A stretch of 63,684 nucleotides of DNA, counting the filler, from Octopus bimaculoides (Eukaryota): the NCBI RefSeq assembly GCF_001194135.2. It is 7 parts of 7 records of this genome, joined end to end, with 100 filler letters (N's around TTAATTAATTAA, not from the genome) between each part and the next. Parts side by side here need not be neighbours in the genome. Positions count along the whole stretch, not along the records: positions 25,875 to 37,076 come from NC_068985.1; positions 37,177 to 45,540 come from NC_068983.1; 5 more parts are not named here. One strand, 5' to 3'. This document shows, piece by piece, positions 25,775 through 37,452 of the stretch. The notes under the pieces were generated by a model. It saw nothing but the letters and a program-made list of their open reading frames with translations, was not told where the DNA came from and searched no databases. Both the position numbers and the translations under genes were made by a program. Each line of letters begins with the position of its first letter. The first letter of the stretch is position 1.

Positions 25775-25864
25775 NNNNNNNNNNNNNNNNNNNNNNNNNN
25801 NNNNNNNNNNNNNNNNNNTTAATTAATTAANNNNNNNNNNNNNNNNNNNNNNNNNNNNNNNNNN

Positions 25865-26440
25865 NNNNNNNNNNGAGATCTCGTAGGTTATGGGCTCGTT
25901 TGAAGGAAGGGAGGGGTCGATTAGGGAAGATGTGGGAGGTGGAGGGGTCGAACTGGAGGCGCCGGAAAGCTCGGAGAATGGTGCGTTGGAGGGTAGGGTG
26001 GTGGGATGGTAGGTGAGGGGAAAAGGGAGGCGGGAAACGGCAGGGCGGGTTCGGGGGGAGAGAGCAGATGCATAGTCCATGGAATGTGCTCTGGCAAGGG
26101 AGGTGTGGATGGTGGTGAGGGGATGAGTCTCAAAGTCATGGCTGTCACTACAGAGCCTGCATAGATGGAGGAATTGGGAATAGGGGATGGAGAGCTTGGT
26201 GTGTTTAGGGTGGGAGGAGGAGAAGTTAAGATAAGAGTGTGAGTCTGTGTGTTTGTAGTGGATGGAGGTGCTAAGAGTGGAGTAATGGATGCTGACCGAA
26301 ATGTCAAGAAAGGGGACAGAGGTGTCAGAGATAGTGCAGGAGAAGTGGGGGGCAGGATGGAAGGATTGGACAAAAGAGAGGAACGAGTCAAGATGTTCGC
26401 GGGAGAGTGAGGTGGCACCGACACAGTCGTCAATATAACG
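25865..26440 (-). mobile_element. Penelope-like (Neptune-type) RT fragment
   Basis: A frame not shown in the ORF track reads RYIDDCVGATSLSREHLDSFLSFVQSFHPAPHFSCTISDTSVPFLDISV...YKHTDSHSYLNFSSSHPKHTKLSIPYSQFL...RLPFPLTYHP; truncated by a gap. Confidence 0.9.
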
Positions 26441-26926
26441 ATTAGAAACAGTAAAATCAGTTAAAAATTAATGCCAGCATTTAAAAATATCCACCCATTG
26501 TAATGACTACAGGCTAATGTTGTGAGAAATATCTTGGAATGTAAGCAAACAACAACCAGTTTGGAAAAAGAAGAGAGACAGACAGCAACCAGTGAGTGTG
26601 TTTAAAGACTTTATTAATTTCTCACATATAACAATACTGGTTTCAAAAGATGGTTTCAGGTCAAAATTCTTGAAATTCTCACAAAACAAATTTGGAATTG
26701 AATTAATGCATTTTTAAAAATTTCATTTCAGATACCTGCACAACACATACAAGCAATAAATAATTTTTCATTTTTTTTTTTAAAGATGTGGAAGGTAATT
26801 ATGAAACTATTTCAATCAAGCCAAACAGTAAGTATAATTAATGCCATTAGCAAATAGTATTTTATTTCATATTACTTTCAGAATTATATATATAATCAAT
26901 ATATATATATATTATATAATATATAT

Positions 26927-26995
<69 letters not shown>

Positions 26996-27379
26996 ACATA
27001 TCAACAGGAGAGGAAAAGTTTGGTATACTTTTAATTCTCTGTTACACATGTTTCATTACACGTTTGTCTGGCATGCTAATGCTTCTGCCAGCTTGTTGCT
27101 ACCCCATAACAAAAGAAACTGATGTAATACAATACTGGGAAGAGTTTGCACTCCCCCAACAACAAAAAGGAACACACAATGCTGCACACATCCCAGCAAC
27201 ACGGAGGTGTAGCAGGTCATGCAATAGAAAATTGTCTAAAACTACTAAATCATGAATAATAATAATAATAATAATCTTTATTTCTATAGGCACAAGGTCT
27301 GAAATTTTATGGGAGGGTTCTAGTGAGGCTAAATTTAATGAATTTTATCTCCTTTTCCGAGAACAACCTGATGTATTGG

Positions 27380-28110
27380 TGAATACTCCATTGGAAAGTA
27401 TAAAGATTAATGTGGTGGTTGAGAAAAGAATGATGATTCATGCTGGATATCAAAATGCTGAAGTCATGACTACTGCTCAATGCTCTGTGGGCACTGTAAA
27501 AGCTGTAAAATATGACATGAACAGCTGCAACAGAGACTATAATGCCGTGGCCAACAGGGACACAGCAGGCATTCTGTGCCTACATACTGGAATTCACCCA
27601 ATATCTAATGAAGTGGGCTTGAAGCTCAATTCAGATGGCTATGTGAAACTGCTAGAGACTGGTCAAACCCTAGCTAGTTAGAGTTGTTGCTGGAAAGCCA
27701 TATGTGAGACAACAGGATTCAGCTTCTTACCATACCTCCAGAAAGAATTAAAAGGATTTCTATGACTTCATCAACCCCAATTTCTGGTCTCCTAATTTCC
27801 CCAATTACTATATATTGGGCACAGTTGAAAAAGACACCAACTGCTCTGTCTGCAACACCAAGGCTGTTGGCCAAGATCAAGGAGGTGTTCACAGATCTTC
27901 CTAAGGACAAAGTGAGGAATGCCTGTGCCAGGTTTTGGAGCCATCTTAAGGCCATGGTGGAAGCTGAGGGCAGCTACTTTGAGTAAACTGTTATTTCCCA
28001 GCCATAATCTAGTTGATGCTTTTTTATATTTTAAAAAAATACTTGAATTTTTGGATGAAATATTGTGTTTTCTTTTCCTTTTATGCAAACTTTAAAATTT
28101 ATTCCAAACA
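27380..28110 (+). mobile_element. Tc1/mariner (maT/DD37D-like) transposase remnant
   Basis: FYDFINPNFWSPN..NYY.LGTVEKDTN followed by LAKIKEVFTDLPKDKVRNACARFWSHLKAMVEAEGSYFE*; frameshifted and internally deleted. Confidence 0.8.
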
Positions 28111-28734
28111 TTCTGTATGTATGTATGTAATGTATGTAATGTATGTATGTATGTATGTATGTATGTATGTATGTATGTATGTGTGTGTGTGTGTGTGTGG
28201 TATACATCATCATCATCATCATTTAACACCCACAAGGAACAGTGGGGGTAGTATAAGTAGTACAGAGGGGATAGAGTATGTTCCATGAGACCGTAAAATG
28301 TTTCGAGATAACAGAGATGTTGAGAAGAATTAGAGTGATGTTGAGAAGAATTAGAGTGGCTGTAGAGATAGCAAGTGATGGTAAATATGTAGCGAATGAT
28401 AGTGAGAGAGGGTATGTTAGATATATAGCAAGTGATGTGGAGTGGAATCGGAAGTGGCTGGGAAGGTTGATATGTGAGGGAGAAGGGGGACCTGCAGTAA
28501 GTGATGTGGGTGTAGGGAAGATAAGTTGTGGAGGAAGTCTGATACAGAACAGAATTATATGTGTGAGAGAGAGAGAGGGCATGGCAGTAAAGGACACGCC
28601 TGCATGTATGGATGGCCTCGATTTTACTACAATAGATAGACAGAGATTGACAGACATTTTTTCTTTATCTCTCTCTCACCCACTCTTTTAAGATTATTAT
28701 TTTTCATCTTCACTTTTTCCCTCTATCTCTATTT

Positions 28735-29090
28735 TCGGTCTTCCTTCTTACTTACTAAAACTTTAATTTCCCTAAGTTTATTTGAAGGCTTTTCAATTTC
28801 AGGTTTTACTTCCATTTCTGTAACTTTGTTTCACTTCCACAGATTCTGTTATGACAACTAAGTCATTAGTATTTAGGAAGGAATTCCCAAAGGTAGCTTG
28901 TCATAATTACTTTGTGGCTTGCAGGACTATAAGAAACAGTAGGGGATTGAGAACTGAACCCTTATAAATACCTACCTACACACTGAATTCAGCACTGAAC
29001 TCATTGCTGACTTTCACTTTGTTAACTGAAGCTCCTCTCTGAACTTTTTCCAACTTTTCTTAATCTGGTCACCATACATTTAGATCAACC
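28735..29090 (-). mobile_element. RTE LINE RT fragment
   Basis: SKVKVSNEFSAEF..VGIYKGSVLNPLLFLIVLQA...DLVVITES. Confidence 0.75.
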
Positions 29091-29799
29091 ATGTCCCTTG
29101 CTAATTATGTTTTCATTTCCTAGGTAACAGAAGCTACATGCATTTAAGTTGTAGCAAGTTGTCTGGAGTGTTCTGTTGCAAGTTTTGTTTAAAATGTTGA
29201 AGGAAAGTCTGAAGGCGAATGTATGAACAAATTCAACATACTTTATTTCAGGAGAGGTAACCCTCTTGTACAAGCAGTAGTAAGTGGTATTACAATTTTT
29301 AAGTAAACGTTGTATAAAATGTGTGGGAACAGAATGTACAATTGTGAGTGTTGGATGACAAGAAGAGTTTCAACAGACTTACTAAAGGATGACACTTCGT
29401 GGCTTAAATGATTCCAGGAGTGGCATGGCATAGTTGATTTTAGAGTCATGCCTGCATATCAAAATGTGATGTTAACACTATGCCAGTCAAGCTGCAACTA
29501 ACTAGCCCTTTCAAAAAGTGCGTGATACTGCTGCGCAGAAGCTGCCACATGTATTCTTCTGCAGCCAGCTCTAATGGTTTGAAGTGGACATAGCATGGCA
29601 TGTTACTCTGCCAAAACAAAATAAATCCCTCCTGGCAGCCTACAGAGTGAATCAATTTCAAGTGTGCTCATAATATGTATTGCTTCAGGACATCTGACAC
29701 ATATGAAGCTTACTTATTCTATTAGTCAGCCTGTGATTCCACTACACCTCTTGAATGCCCATAGCTTACTTTATGTATTGTATATAATTTACTCCTACT

Positions 29800-30090
29800 C
29801 CTGTTTCTTTCTTACCTACTAAAACCTTACTCTTTGCTCTACCTTTAGGTTTTTTCTTTTCTCTGTTTAGCTTCCTTGTACAGAATTTCCTCTGTAACTT
29901 CACTTTAGATTCAGGTGTGAGAACTAGATTAGCATATATGAGTTCCCATGGACAGCCAGTCTTAAACTCTTCTGTAGTGATCTATAGAACTATGATGAAT
30001 AAGAGAAGACTGAGGACTGAGCCTTAATGGACACTTACTTTCATGCTAAATCCATTACCTGTTGCCTAGCTACACTTTAAGCCATTTGAT
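29800..30090 (-). mobile_element. RTE LINE RT fragment (second copy of the same RT segment)
   Basis: FSMKVSVH*GSVLSLLLFIIVL*ITTEEFKTGCPWELIYAN resembles VGVHQGSVLSPLLF...CPWELLYADD. Confidence 0.8.
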
Positions 30091-31537
30091 AATACTCCCT
30101 ACTACCATCTTCCTCCCAGGTTTTCCAAGCCCGTCGTTTAGCTGTTAGCAGCATTTCATTCCACTTTATTTTCTGAGTTCAAATTCTGCTGAGGTCAACT
30201 TTGACTTTCATCCTTTTGAGGTCATTAAAATAAGAAGCAATTGAGTACTGGGGTTGATGTAATCAACTTATACCCTCCCCCGAACTTGCTGGCCTTGTGC
30301 CTAAATTTGAAACCAATATTATATGTCATTTTCCATCATTCACTCATTCTTCGCAGTAACTGTGTCTACCACAAAAGTTGTAGTTTGCAACTATTATCTA
30401 TAAATAAATATATAGTAAATCTTCATAGTCTGTTAATATGTCTGATATCATGGGTGTTTGCTATGTCTTTTTATTAGTCATTAGTAGGATGTTGATATGG
30501 GTGAAGGAGTTGGGAGGGAGACAAAAGAAAGATTTCCAATATAGGTGGTGGGGGCATAGGCTCTGGAACACTGTGTGCAAGATCACCTACTGAAATATTT
30601 TGGGGTCGGGTGGGGTGCGAGTGGAAAGGGTGCTAGGAAAATGCTTTGAACAATTTGGGTTGGACCTGGATTTGCATCTACTAAGCAAATTTCATTCCTG
30701 CACTTATGGTGGAGTGTGTGAATTGCAAGTAGGCAAGCAGCAAATATTCATGAGAGAGAGACAAAATATCCAAATTGTCATGAGAAATACAAAATATTGA
30801 TATTAAGAGAACAGGAAGCAATCCACCATGTTCATATGAGAAAAAGAGGTTTTAATAAGAATAAAACTATATCAGATTAAAGAAGGGACATGTTAGATTA
30901 AGGATGATGCATAAAAGGCTGTTTGACACAGTAGAAGGCGAAGTTTATGGCAGAAATTAAAGCTGGGAAAACAGAGATTGGAGCTTATTTTGACACCATT
31001 TTTCATGTCTGGTAGTAGCCAAGCATTGACAGTAATATGAAAACAGGGTAGTATGTAGTGTAAACATGACAAGAGGAGGAGACAGGAAGCTGAGATACTA
31101 TTAAAGGAAGTAGTGAACATGCATTGTGAGCAAGTGAACTGCAAAGTTCTATGAGAGAGATGAAATATTAGTTTCAAATTTTGGCTCAAGGCCAACAATT
31201 TCAGAAGGGATAAATCAATTACATTGACCTCAATGCTCAACTGGTACTTATATTATCGACCCTGAAAGGCAAAGTCAACCTCGGCAACATTTGAACTTCG
31301 AACATAAAGACAGATGAAATGCTGCTAAGCATTTTTCCCAGTGAGCTAACAATTCTGCCAGCTTTATGAGAGAGGAAATATTGATATTAAGAGGACAGTA
31401 AGTGAACTACCACACTCACATAAGAGAAAGAAATATTAAAAAGAAATATTTATATATGTCTATTTGTGTATGTATGTATGTATGTACAAGACCTAAGCTT
31501 CATAAGTTGATTTGGTAGGTGGTGAGAAGTCTGTCAT

Positions 31538-31594
<57 letters not shown>

Positions 31595-31655
31595 NNNNNN
31601 NNNNNNNNNNNNNNNNNNNNNNNNNNNNNNNNNNNNNNNNNNNNNNNNNNNNNNN

Positions 31656-31695
<40 letters not shown>

Positions 31696-31817
31696 TTGTT
31701 TACATGTTCATGTATATCCTTATGAATGTTACATTTACACTTCTCTGAAGATTGCAAATTAAAAGAAGCGATCTTACCATTTCTCCAATGAACAAGATAT
31801 TCAGGCAAGAGTAAATC

Positions 31818-34800
31818 TGTAGAGATACTATAAGTTATATTCACTTAGTGAGTTTACATGTGCAAGGAATGAATTATGATGTTGTCATTGTTGTCATTGT
31901 TAGATGCAGTAAGAGCTGGTAGCAGCAATATTGGCAATGATGAATGTCATTGTGTTGTAATGCAGGGAAAGTGAGCAAATAGCTTCCTGGTGCAAATGCA
32001 AACTAGACTCTCTAAGCAGAGAAAAACTGATCTATTTAAGGAAATTGCTAGGCTCCACAGATGTAAAAGATTTTTTTAACCAAGAGAACACGTGATCCAT
32101 TGAGCACATTTGTAATTGTTTAGGGGACAAATTGCACCAAAAGCTAACTTAGCAGAACAAATGGTTGAAACATGATATTTATAGCTAAGTGTTCTCTGCA
32201 ACATCCAAACAACAACTATAAATAAATAAAAGGAAGAGAGAATAGTTTGTCATTTATGCTTTTGTCAATCTATTCTGCTACAGAACTCCCCTACCAGAAC
32301 ATTTCTGGGACACAAATGTGTGATAAAAGGAAAGAATTCCTAGCAAAAATGGGAAGACAAAAGTGTTGAACATGCTAGTACAGTTATTAGACTGCATGCA
32401 GAATTATGCAGAGCAAGAAAAATACAGCATCTTACAATAAAATAAAATGTGTGAAACTTCAAACAAGGTATTGAAAAGAATGTAGGAAATTGGCATATAA
32501 ATAGCAAGGCATAGAAATGTATGCTTTGAACACAAAATAAACATCACCTGAAAATGCATATGTATGATTACAAAAAACTGGCGGTCATAGAAATGTTTTT
32601 AAATATATAAAGTTTTGCATGGTTTTGAAGTGCTTTGTTGAATGGACTGGCTTGCTTGGTTGAGAAGTGAGATTCCTAAGATCAGGAAACTTATTTAGGA
32701 GAGCTTGATACGAATCGCCTGCGGCAGCAATAAGATTCGATGGGCTAATACTTGGAGTCAGCAAGTCTTAACCAGTAACAGATAAAGCGGTGGAGCTATC
32801 CTACAAGCATCATTTTCAGACATCTACCATGAAGGAAAAATAATGAAAGAAATCTGCACCCAAAATTGGAAATAGAATGTCAGCAATGACAAAAATCCAC
32901 TTGAAGTCCCATCTAAGCACCAAATCTAAGACAGAGATATCTGGCCATACATTTTTATAGGTGAATGATTCACCACTTGTAGCATGACATCTGTAAGGAA
33001 CTTTACCGGCCAAATGCTGCATGATGCGCCAGTGTCTACCATAAAGAATTTTCAAGAATTAAAGTCCGCCACAAAAAATTGCATGGTTTTGAACTTGGGA
33101 AGAGGAACCTGCTGCCATGCTCAAAGCTTCCTCCACAAGTTTTCCAGATGTGGGATAAAACAAAGAGAAACACATTTCCATACATTCTTATCAAAAGGGG
33201 CATGATACCAACAATATGTCAAGGCAGAAGGAGAAAACAATCAGAGTCTTGGAGATGGGGAATGACTGGAGTACTAGCAACATGAAGAATGTTGCAAAGA
33301 GCACAACTTTTTAACTTCTTTTGTAAGTTTTAATATCATATGCAGCATCACTGCTTGGTCTGAATGACTGATGGCTGAAGGAGAAGAAGAAAACAGAGGC
33401 AAACTCGAAGCAATGACTTTATGTTCAACAGGAGAGCTGTCTAAAAATTCCATTATTTTATCTGCACTTGTTACCAGCTGGTCCCTGGAACTGATCTCTA
33501 ACATAGGTGCTAAAATCGATTGAACGTTCCTTGGGAGACAAGAGAAGAAGAGTTGTTTGACCACAGAACTGTCCTCTGGTGAAACGTCTGTTAATTCACG
33601 AATTCTATGCAAAAATTCAGTAGACCATCTGTTGTCTAAATGCTCATCATTTAAAAAGATTTTGAAATGACACTCAGCAGATAAAGTCATTCTTCTAAGA
33701 ATTTTCTGTTTGATTGACAAATATGTAACATCACCAGTGGGTATCTGTAATTAAGTTCTGGATGTGTACAGAGAGTGCTGATGGAATCGCCCTGAGCAAA
33801 ATATGTAGTTGCTGCTGTATCAACTGGATGTTCGATGCATGGAAATGCTATTTCACCTGAGTTAACCATAATTTAGCATTGCCATTAAAAACTGGTATGG
33901 TTGATGGATTCATACTGCTGGAAATTTGTAGCAAAAACGATAGTTAACATAAGAAAGAAAGCAAATTCGGGCACCAAACTGGTAGAGATGGCACACTGTG
34001 TTAAAATAAATGGTTGGTATTCAGAAATTCTTGGGCAAAGAGATACCAACAAGCCATTAGTTGTACAAGCTGCTTAAACATAAGAAAAGCTGGGTATAGT
34101 CAAAATTCCCTTTGTTTGAGACAAAGGTGTGAAGAAAATATTTCTACTCCAAAGTATAAGTTAAACACCGTATCTCCTGGAAAAATTCAAAAGCAGAAAA
34201 TTCTTCAGATGAAAGCAGAAAGTTCTTGAGATGGAGTCACCAATTTTTAGTGAGAAGACCAACTGATAGTCTGGAAACCTGCTAAAATAAACATTAAAAA
34301 TCAAAAGGAGAAAATAAACAGCTTTGCAAGTTTAACTCAGTGTTTATTGAACAAGACAGGTGCAAAATTTAAGAAGTGACTTGTTAGAATATACATATCT
34401 GTGAGGGGACAATAAACAAGAATAGCAAAAATCTACAATACCAATAGGACTGGTAATACATACATTACAAGTGTTCTGTGAAGAGAAAATAAGGTTGCTG
34501 CATAATTCGATGTGAATGTGAAACGATATTAAACATCGTATAAGGTAAATGAAGGATTCTGTAGGAACGCTATAAGTCATTCACTTAGTGAATGACTTAT
34601 AGCACAAGGAATGAATTATGATGTCATTATTGGAGTTAGATGCAGCAAGAGCAGGTAGCAGTGATATCAGCAGTGATGAATTTCATTTTGTCATAATGTG
34701 GAGAATGTGAGCAAATAGCTTCCTGGTGCAAATGCAAGCTAGACTCTCTAAGCAGAGAAAAACTGATCTATTTAAGGAAATTGCTAGGTTACACAGATGT

Positions 34801-35069
34801 GAAAGGATTTTTTGTCAAGAGAACATGTGATCCATTGAGCGCATCTGATTGGTTTACTGGGTATTTTGGCATAATTGTTTAGGAGACAAATTGCACTTAA
34901 AAACTAACTAATCAGAACAAAAGGTTAAAACATGATCTTTATAGTTAAGTGTTCTCTGCTACGTCCAAACAACGACTATAAATAAAAAGAAGAGAGAATA
35001 GGAAGAGAGAAAAGGAAGAGAAAAGAGAGAAAAGTTTGTCATTTATGCTTTTCAATCCATTCTACTACA
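31818..35069 (-). mobile_element. Internally deleted Gypsy/Ty3 LTR retrotransposon
   Basis: Direct repeats 31818-32282 and 34560-35069, both TGTAG...CTACA. Gag-like 33720-33274 (KQLFFSCLPRNVQSIL), protease-like 33055-32816 (WIFVIADILFPILGADFF), RT start near 32760-32620 (YQALLNKFPDL). PPT-like GGTAGGGGAG before 32282; flanks AATC/CATC. Confidence 0.85.
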
Positions 35070-35352
35070 CATCAATGAGAGGATGAAGAACTTACACTGT
35101 ACATGCAGTTTGGTTGGAATATTTTTTGTTTCTGAATACATGTGTATATATATGTAATTTACTGAGTGAAATATACAGAGTAAAAGGCAGACAGTTTTCA
35201 GTCAAACTGTCCAACCCATGCCAACATGGAAAGTGGTCATTAAATTATGATGACACCATGTATTTTATTATATTTTTACCTTCTTTCTGTGCAATATTTA
35301 AAACATCCTTTGCAAACAATAAATATGCCCATTTCAATTCAATTTCTTGAAG

Positions 35353-35412
35353 CTGAGGAAAAGCAGTACACTGAAATTAGTGAGCACGAATATGAATGTA
35401 CAAAACACCGAG
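35353..35412 (+). CDS. Candidate 60-nt phase 1-1 micro-exon of an unidentified gene ((A)EEKQYTEISEHEYECTKHR)
   Basis: Acceptor TTTCTTGAAG|, consensus donor GAG|GTAAGT, open symmetric frame. The paralogous copy near 35820-35877 has lost the AG and has a stop. Confidence 0.5.
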
Positions 35413-36128
35413 GTAAGTATAATCAATGTACATAGTACATAGCATGATCTTAGAAATGATTTTAAAGAGAAACAGAGAGCTAACCATAATGAAATGTATC
35501 ATTCTCTTTTTGTGTTAGAGTCTATCTCATTAGCATTTATTATGGTAGTATCAGCACAATATTAACATAATTTAAATGCTATTTATAGCCATATTTAAAA
35601 TTTTTTAAAAAATTTCTTAAATATATGGATGGTGCTCTTATGTTAATGATTCACAGAAACCTGAGCAATCCATTCTAAAATTACATTCATTAGAGCAAGA
35701 GTTAGCAAATATGAAATATACAATTTTTTTTTGTTGCTATTTTCTGTGCAACTTCAAAATATTTAAGACACCCTCACTAAATAATAAATATACCCGTTTT
35801 TTTATTCAACTTCTCTATGCTGTAAAAGAGCAACATGCTAAGTTCATGAGCCTAAATATTTATATATAAAAGAATCAGTAAGAATAATCAATAATGTTAG
35901 TACACAGCATGATTTCAGAAATGATCTTAAAGAAAAACAGAAAGCTAACAATCATGAAATGTCTACTCCCTCTTTGTCTGTTAATGTATGTGTACATACA
36001 AGTATATGTGTATGAGTGTGTTAGAGTCTATCTCATTAATGTTTATTATGGTAGTCTCAGCACAGTACTAACATAATTCAATTGTTATTTATACCCATGT
36101 TTATAATTCTTGTTTTAATTTCTGAAAG

Positions 36129-36170
36129 ATGTGGATGTTGATTATGTTAATGCTTCAAGGAAACCTGATG
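36129..36170 (+). CDS. Candidate 42-nt phase 1-1 micro-exon ((D)VDVDYVNASRKPD)
   Basis: Acceptor TTAATTTCTGAAAG|, donor ATG|GTAAGT; splices in frame to 35353-35412. The paralogous copy near 35622-35664 has lost both splice sites. Confidence 0.5.
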
Positions 36171-36257
36171 GTAAGTATATAAGCAACTCATTAATAAAAT
36201 TACATTTATTAGAGCAAAAGTTAGTAAATATCTTGGTTCATTCTTTCTTTGTGTAGC

Positions 36258-36307
<50 letters not shown>

Positions 36308-36473
36308 ACAAAATTAAGAGGAATGACCACTAAAGTGGACACCTAATATGCTAAACATAGACGTCAAATCGCCATTACCAAGAAGAGTATGTTCTCAAGA
36401 AAAATCTCAGCAAAACGCCAAAATGTAAAAATGAGCAAGACAAATGAAAATATACGAAATAAAAAACGATTAC

Positions 36474-36538
36474 CTACATACCATGGTTTCACTTGTTAAT
36501 ATTTACATATGTAAATATCTGCAAGATCATCAGTGTAG
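36474..36538 (-). ncRNA. Type I hammerhead ribozyme motif (opposite-strand copy)
   Basis: Reverse complement reads CTACA-CTGATGA-T-CTTG...CAAG-T-GAAAC-CATG-GTA-TGTAG; stem I CTACA/TGTAG is compensatory relative to the plus-strand copy. Confidence 0.75.
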
Positions 36539-36737
36539 TTTTTAAATAAAGATGTTCTCTAACCGGTAAATTAGCTGCTGAGATTTATTAACTGCAGAGT
36601 TATTTCTGGCCTCAGCATGCCAAAGTAAAGACATTTGAAAAATACACCCAAATATAATTTGTAGAACTTTATACATGCTCTATTTCAGTTGAGTGTTCTG
36701 TATCTAGTCCTGGAAATTGTGTTTTGTAAGCAACAGA

Positions 36738-36802
36738 CTACGCTGATGATCTTGCAGATATTTACATACGTAAATATTAACAAGTGAAACCATGGTACGT
36801 AG
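36738..36802 (+). ncRNA. Type I hammerhead ribozyme motif
   Basis: CTACG-CTGATGA-T-CTTG...CAAG-T-GAAAC-CATG-GTA-CGTAG. Intact core, stem I CTACG/CGTAG, stem II extended by ATATTTAC/GTAAATAT, palindromic stem III ACCATGGT, GUA cleavage triplet. U-U mismatch at the base of stem II. Confidence 0.75.
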
Positions 36803-37338
36803 GTAATCGTTTTTTTATTTCATATATTATCATTTGTCTTGCTCATTTTTACATTTTGGCGTTTTGCTGAGATTTTTCTTGAGAACACACCCTTCGTGGT
36901 AATGGCGATTTGACGTCTATGTTTAGCATATTAGGTATCCACTTTAGTAGTCATTCCTCTTAATTTTGTATGTAATATAATTTTTAATCTTCAGATTTTT
37001 TAAATATGCTAAGCCATTGATTTTAATTGATTGTTATCAATTTCTACCCTTATTATTTAATTTATATATATATATANNNNNNNNNNNNNNNNNNNNNNNN
37101 NNNNNNNNNNNNNNNNNNNNTTAATTAATTAANNNNNNNNNNNNNNNNNNNNNNNNNNNNNNNNNNNNNNNNNNNNATTTTGTGTAAATACCGCAAACGT
37201 TTTGCGATGTATTTTTTTCATCGTTGTCCCCACTTTTGTTTTTTTTTCTGCTTTGTTTTCGCCCCCCTCGAAAAGAAAAACTCTACATTTGTATTTTGTC
37301 CCCTCTATGTTGAGCCCTGTGTGGCTAATAAAGAAACA

Positions 37339-37385
<47 letters not shown>

Positions 37386-37390
37386 TTATC

Positions 37391-37452
<62 letters not shown>

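Larger units (their letters stand above)
35280..36232. repeat. Diverged tandem duplication of unique sequence (about 35280-35715 and 35740-36232)
   Basis: Colinear shared blocks such as TTCTGTGCAA, GCATGAT..AGAAATGAT, GTGTTAGAGTCTATCTCATTA and TTACATT.ATTAGAGCAA.AGTTAG.AAATAT occur in both copies. Confidence 0.9.
36306..36971. mobile_element. Foldback element with inverted arms of about 234 bp (36306-36539 / 36737-36971), probably PLE-derived
   Basis: ATACAAAATTAAGAGGAATGAC...CAGTGTAGT is the near reverse complement of ACTACGCTG...GTCATTCCTCTTAATTTTGTAT; spacer about 197 bp; each arm carries a hammerhead motif. Confidence 0.9.

Noticed and set aside
25921-26433. 170-aa Pro/Ser-rich ORF
   Set aside because: Alternative frame of a Penelope RT fragment; the RYIDD frame is the meaningful one.
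28223-28691. Overlapping 137-144 aa ORFs on both strands
   Set aside because: Low-complexity purine/pyrimidine bias with a 21-bp internal duplication; at best a decayed retroelement N-terminus, no diagnostic motif.
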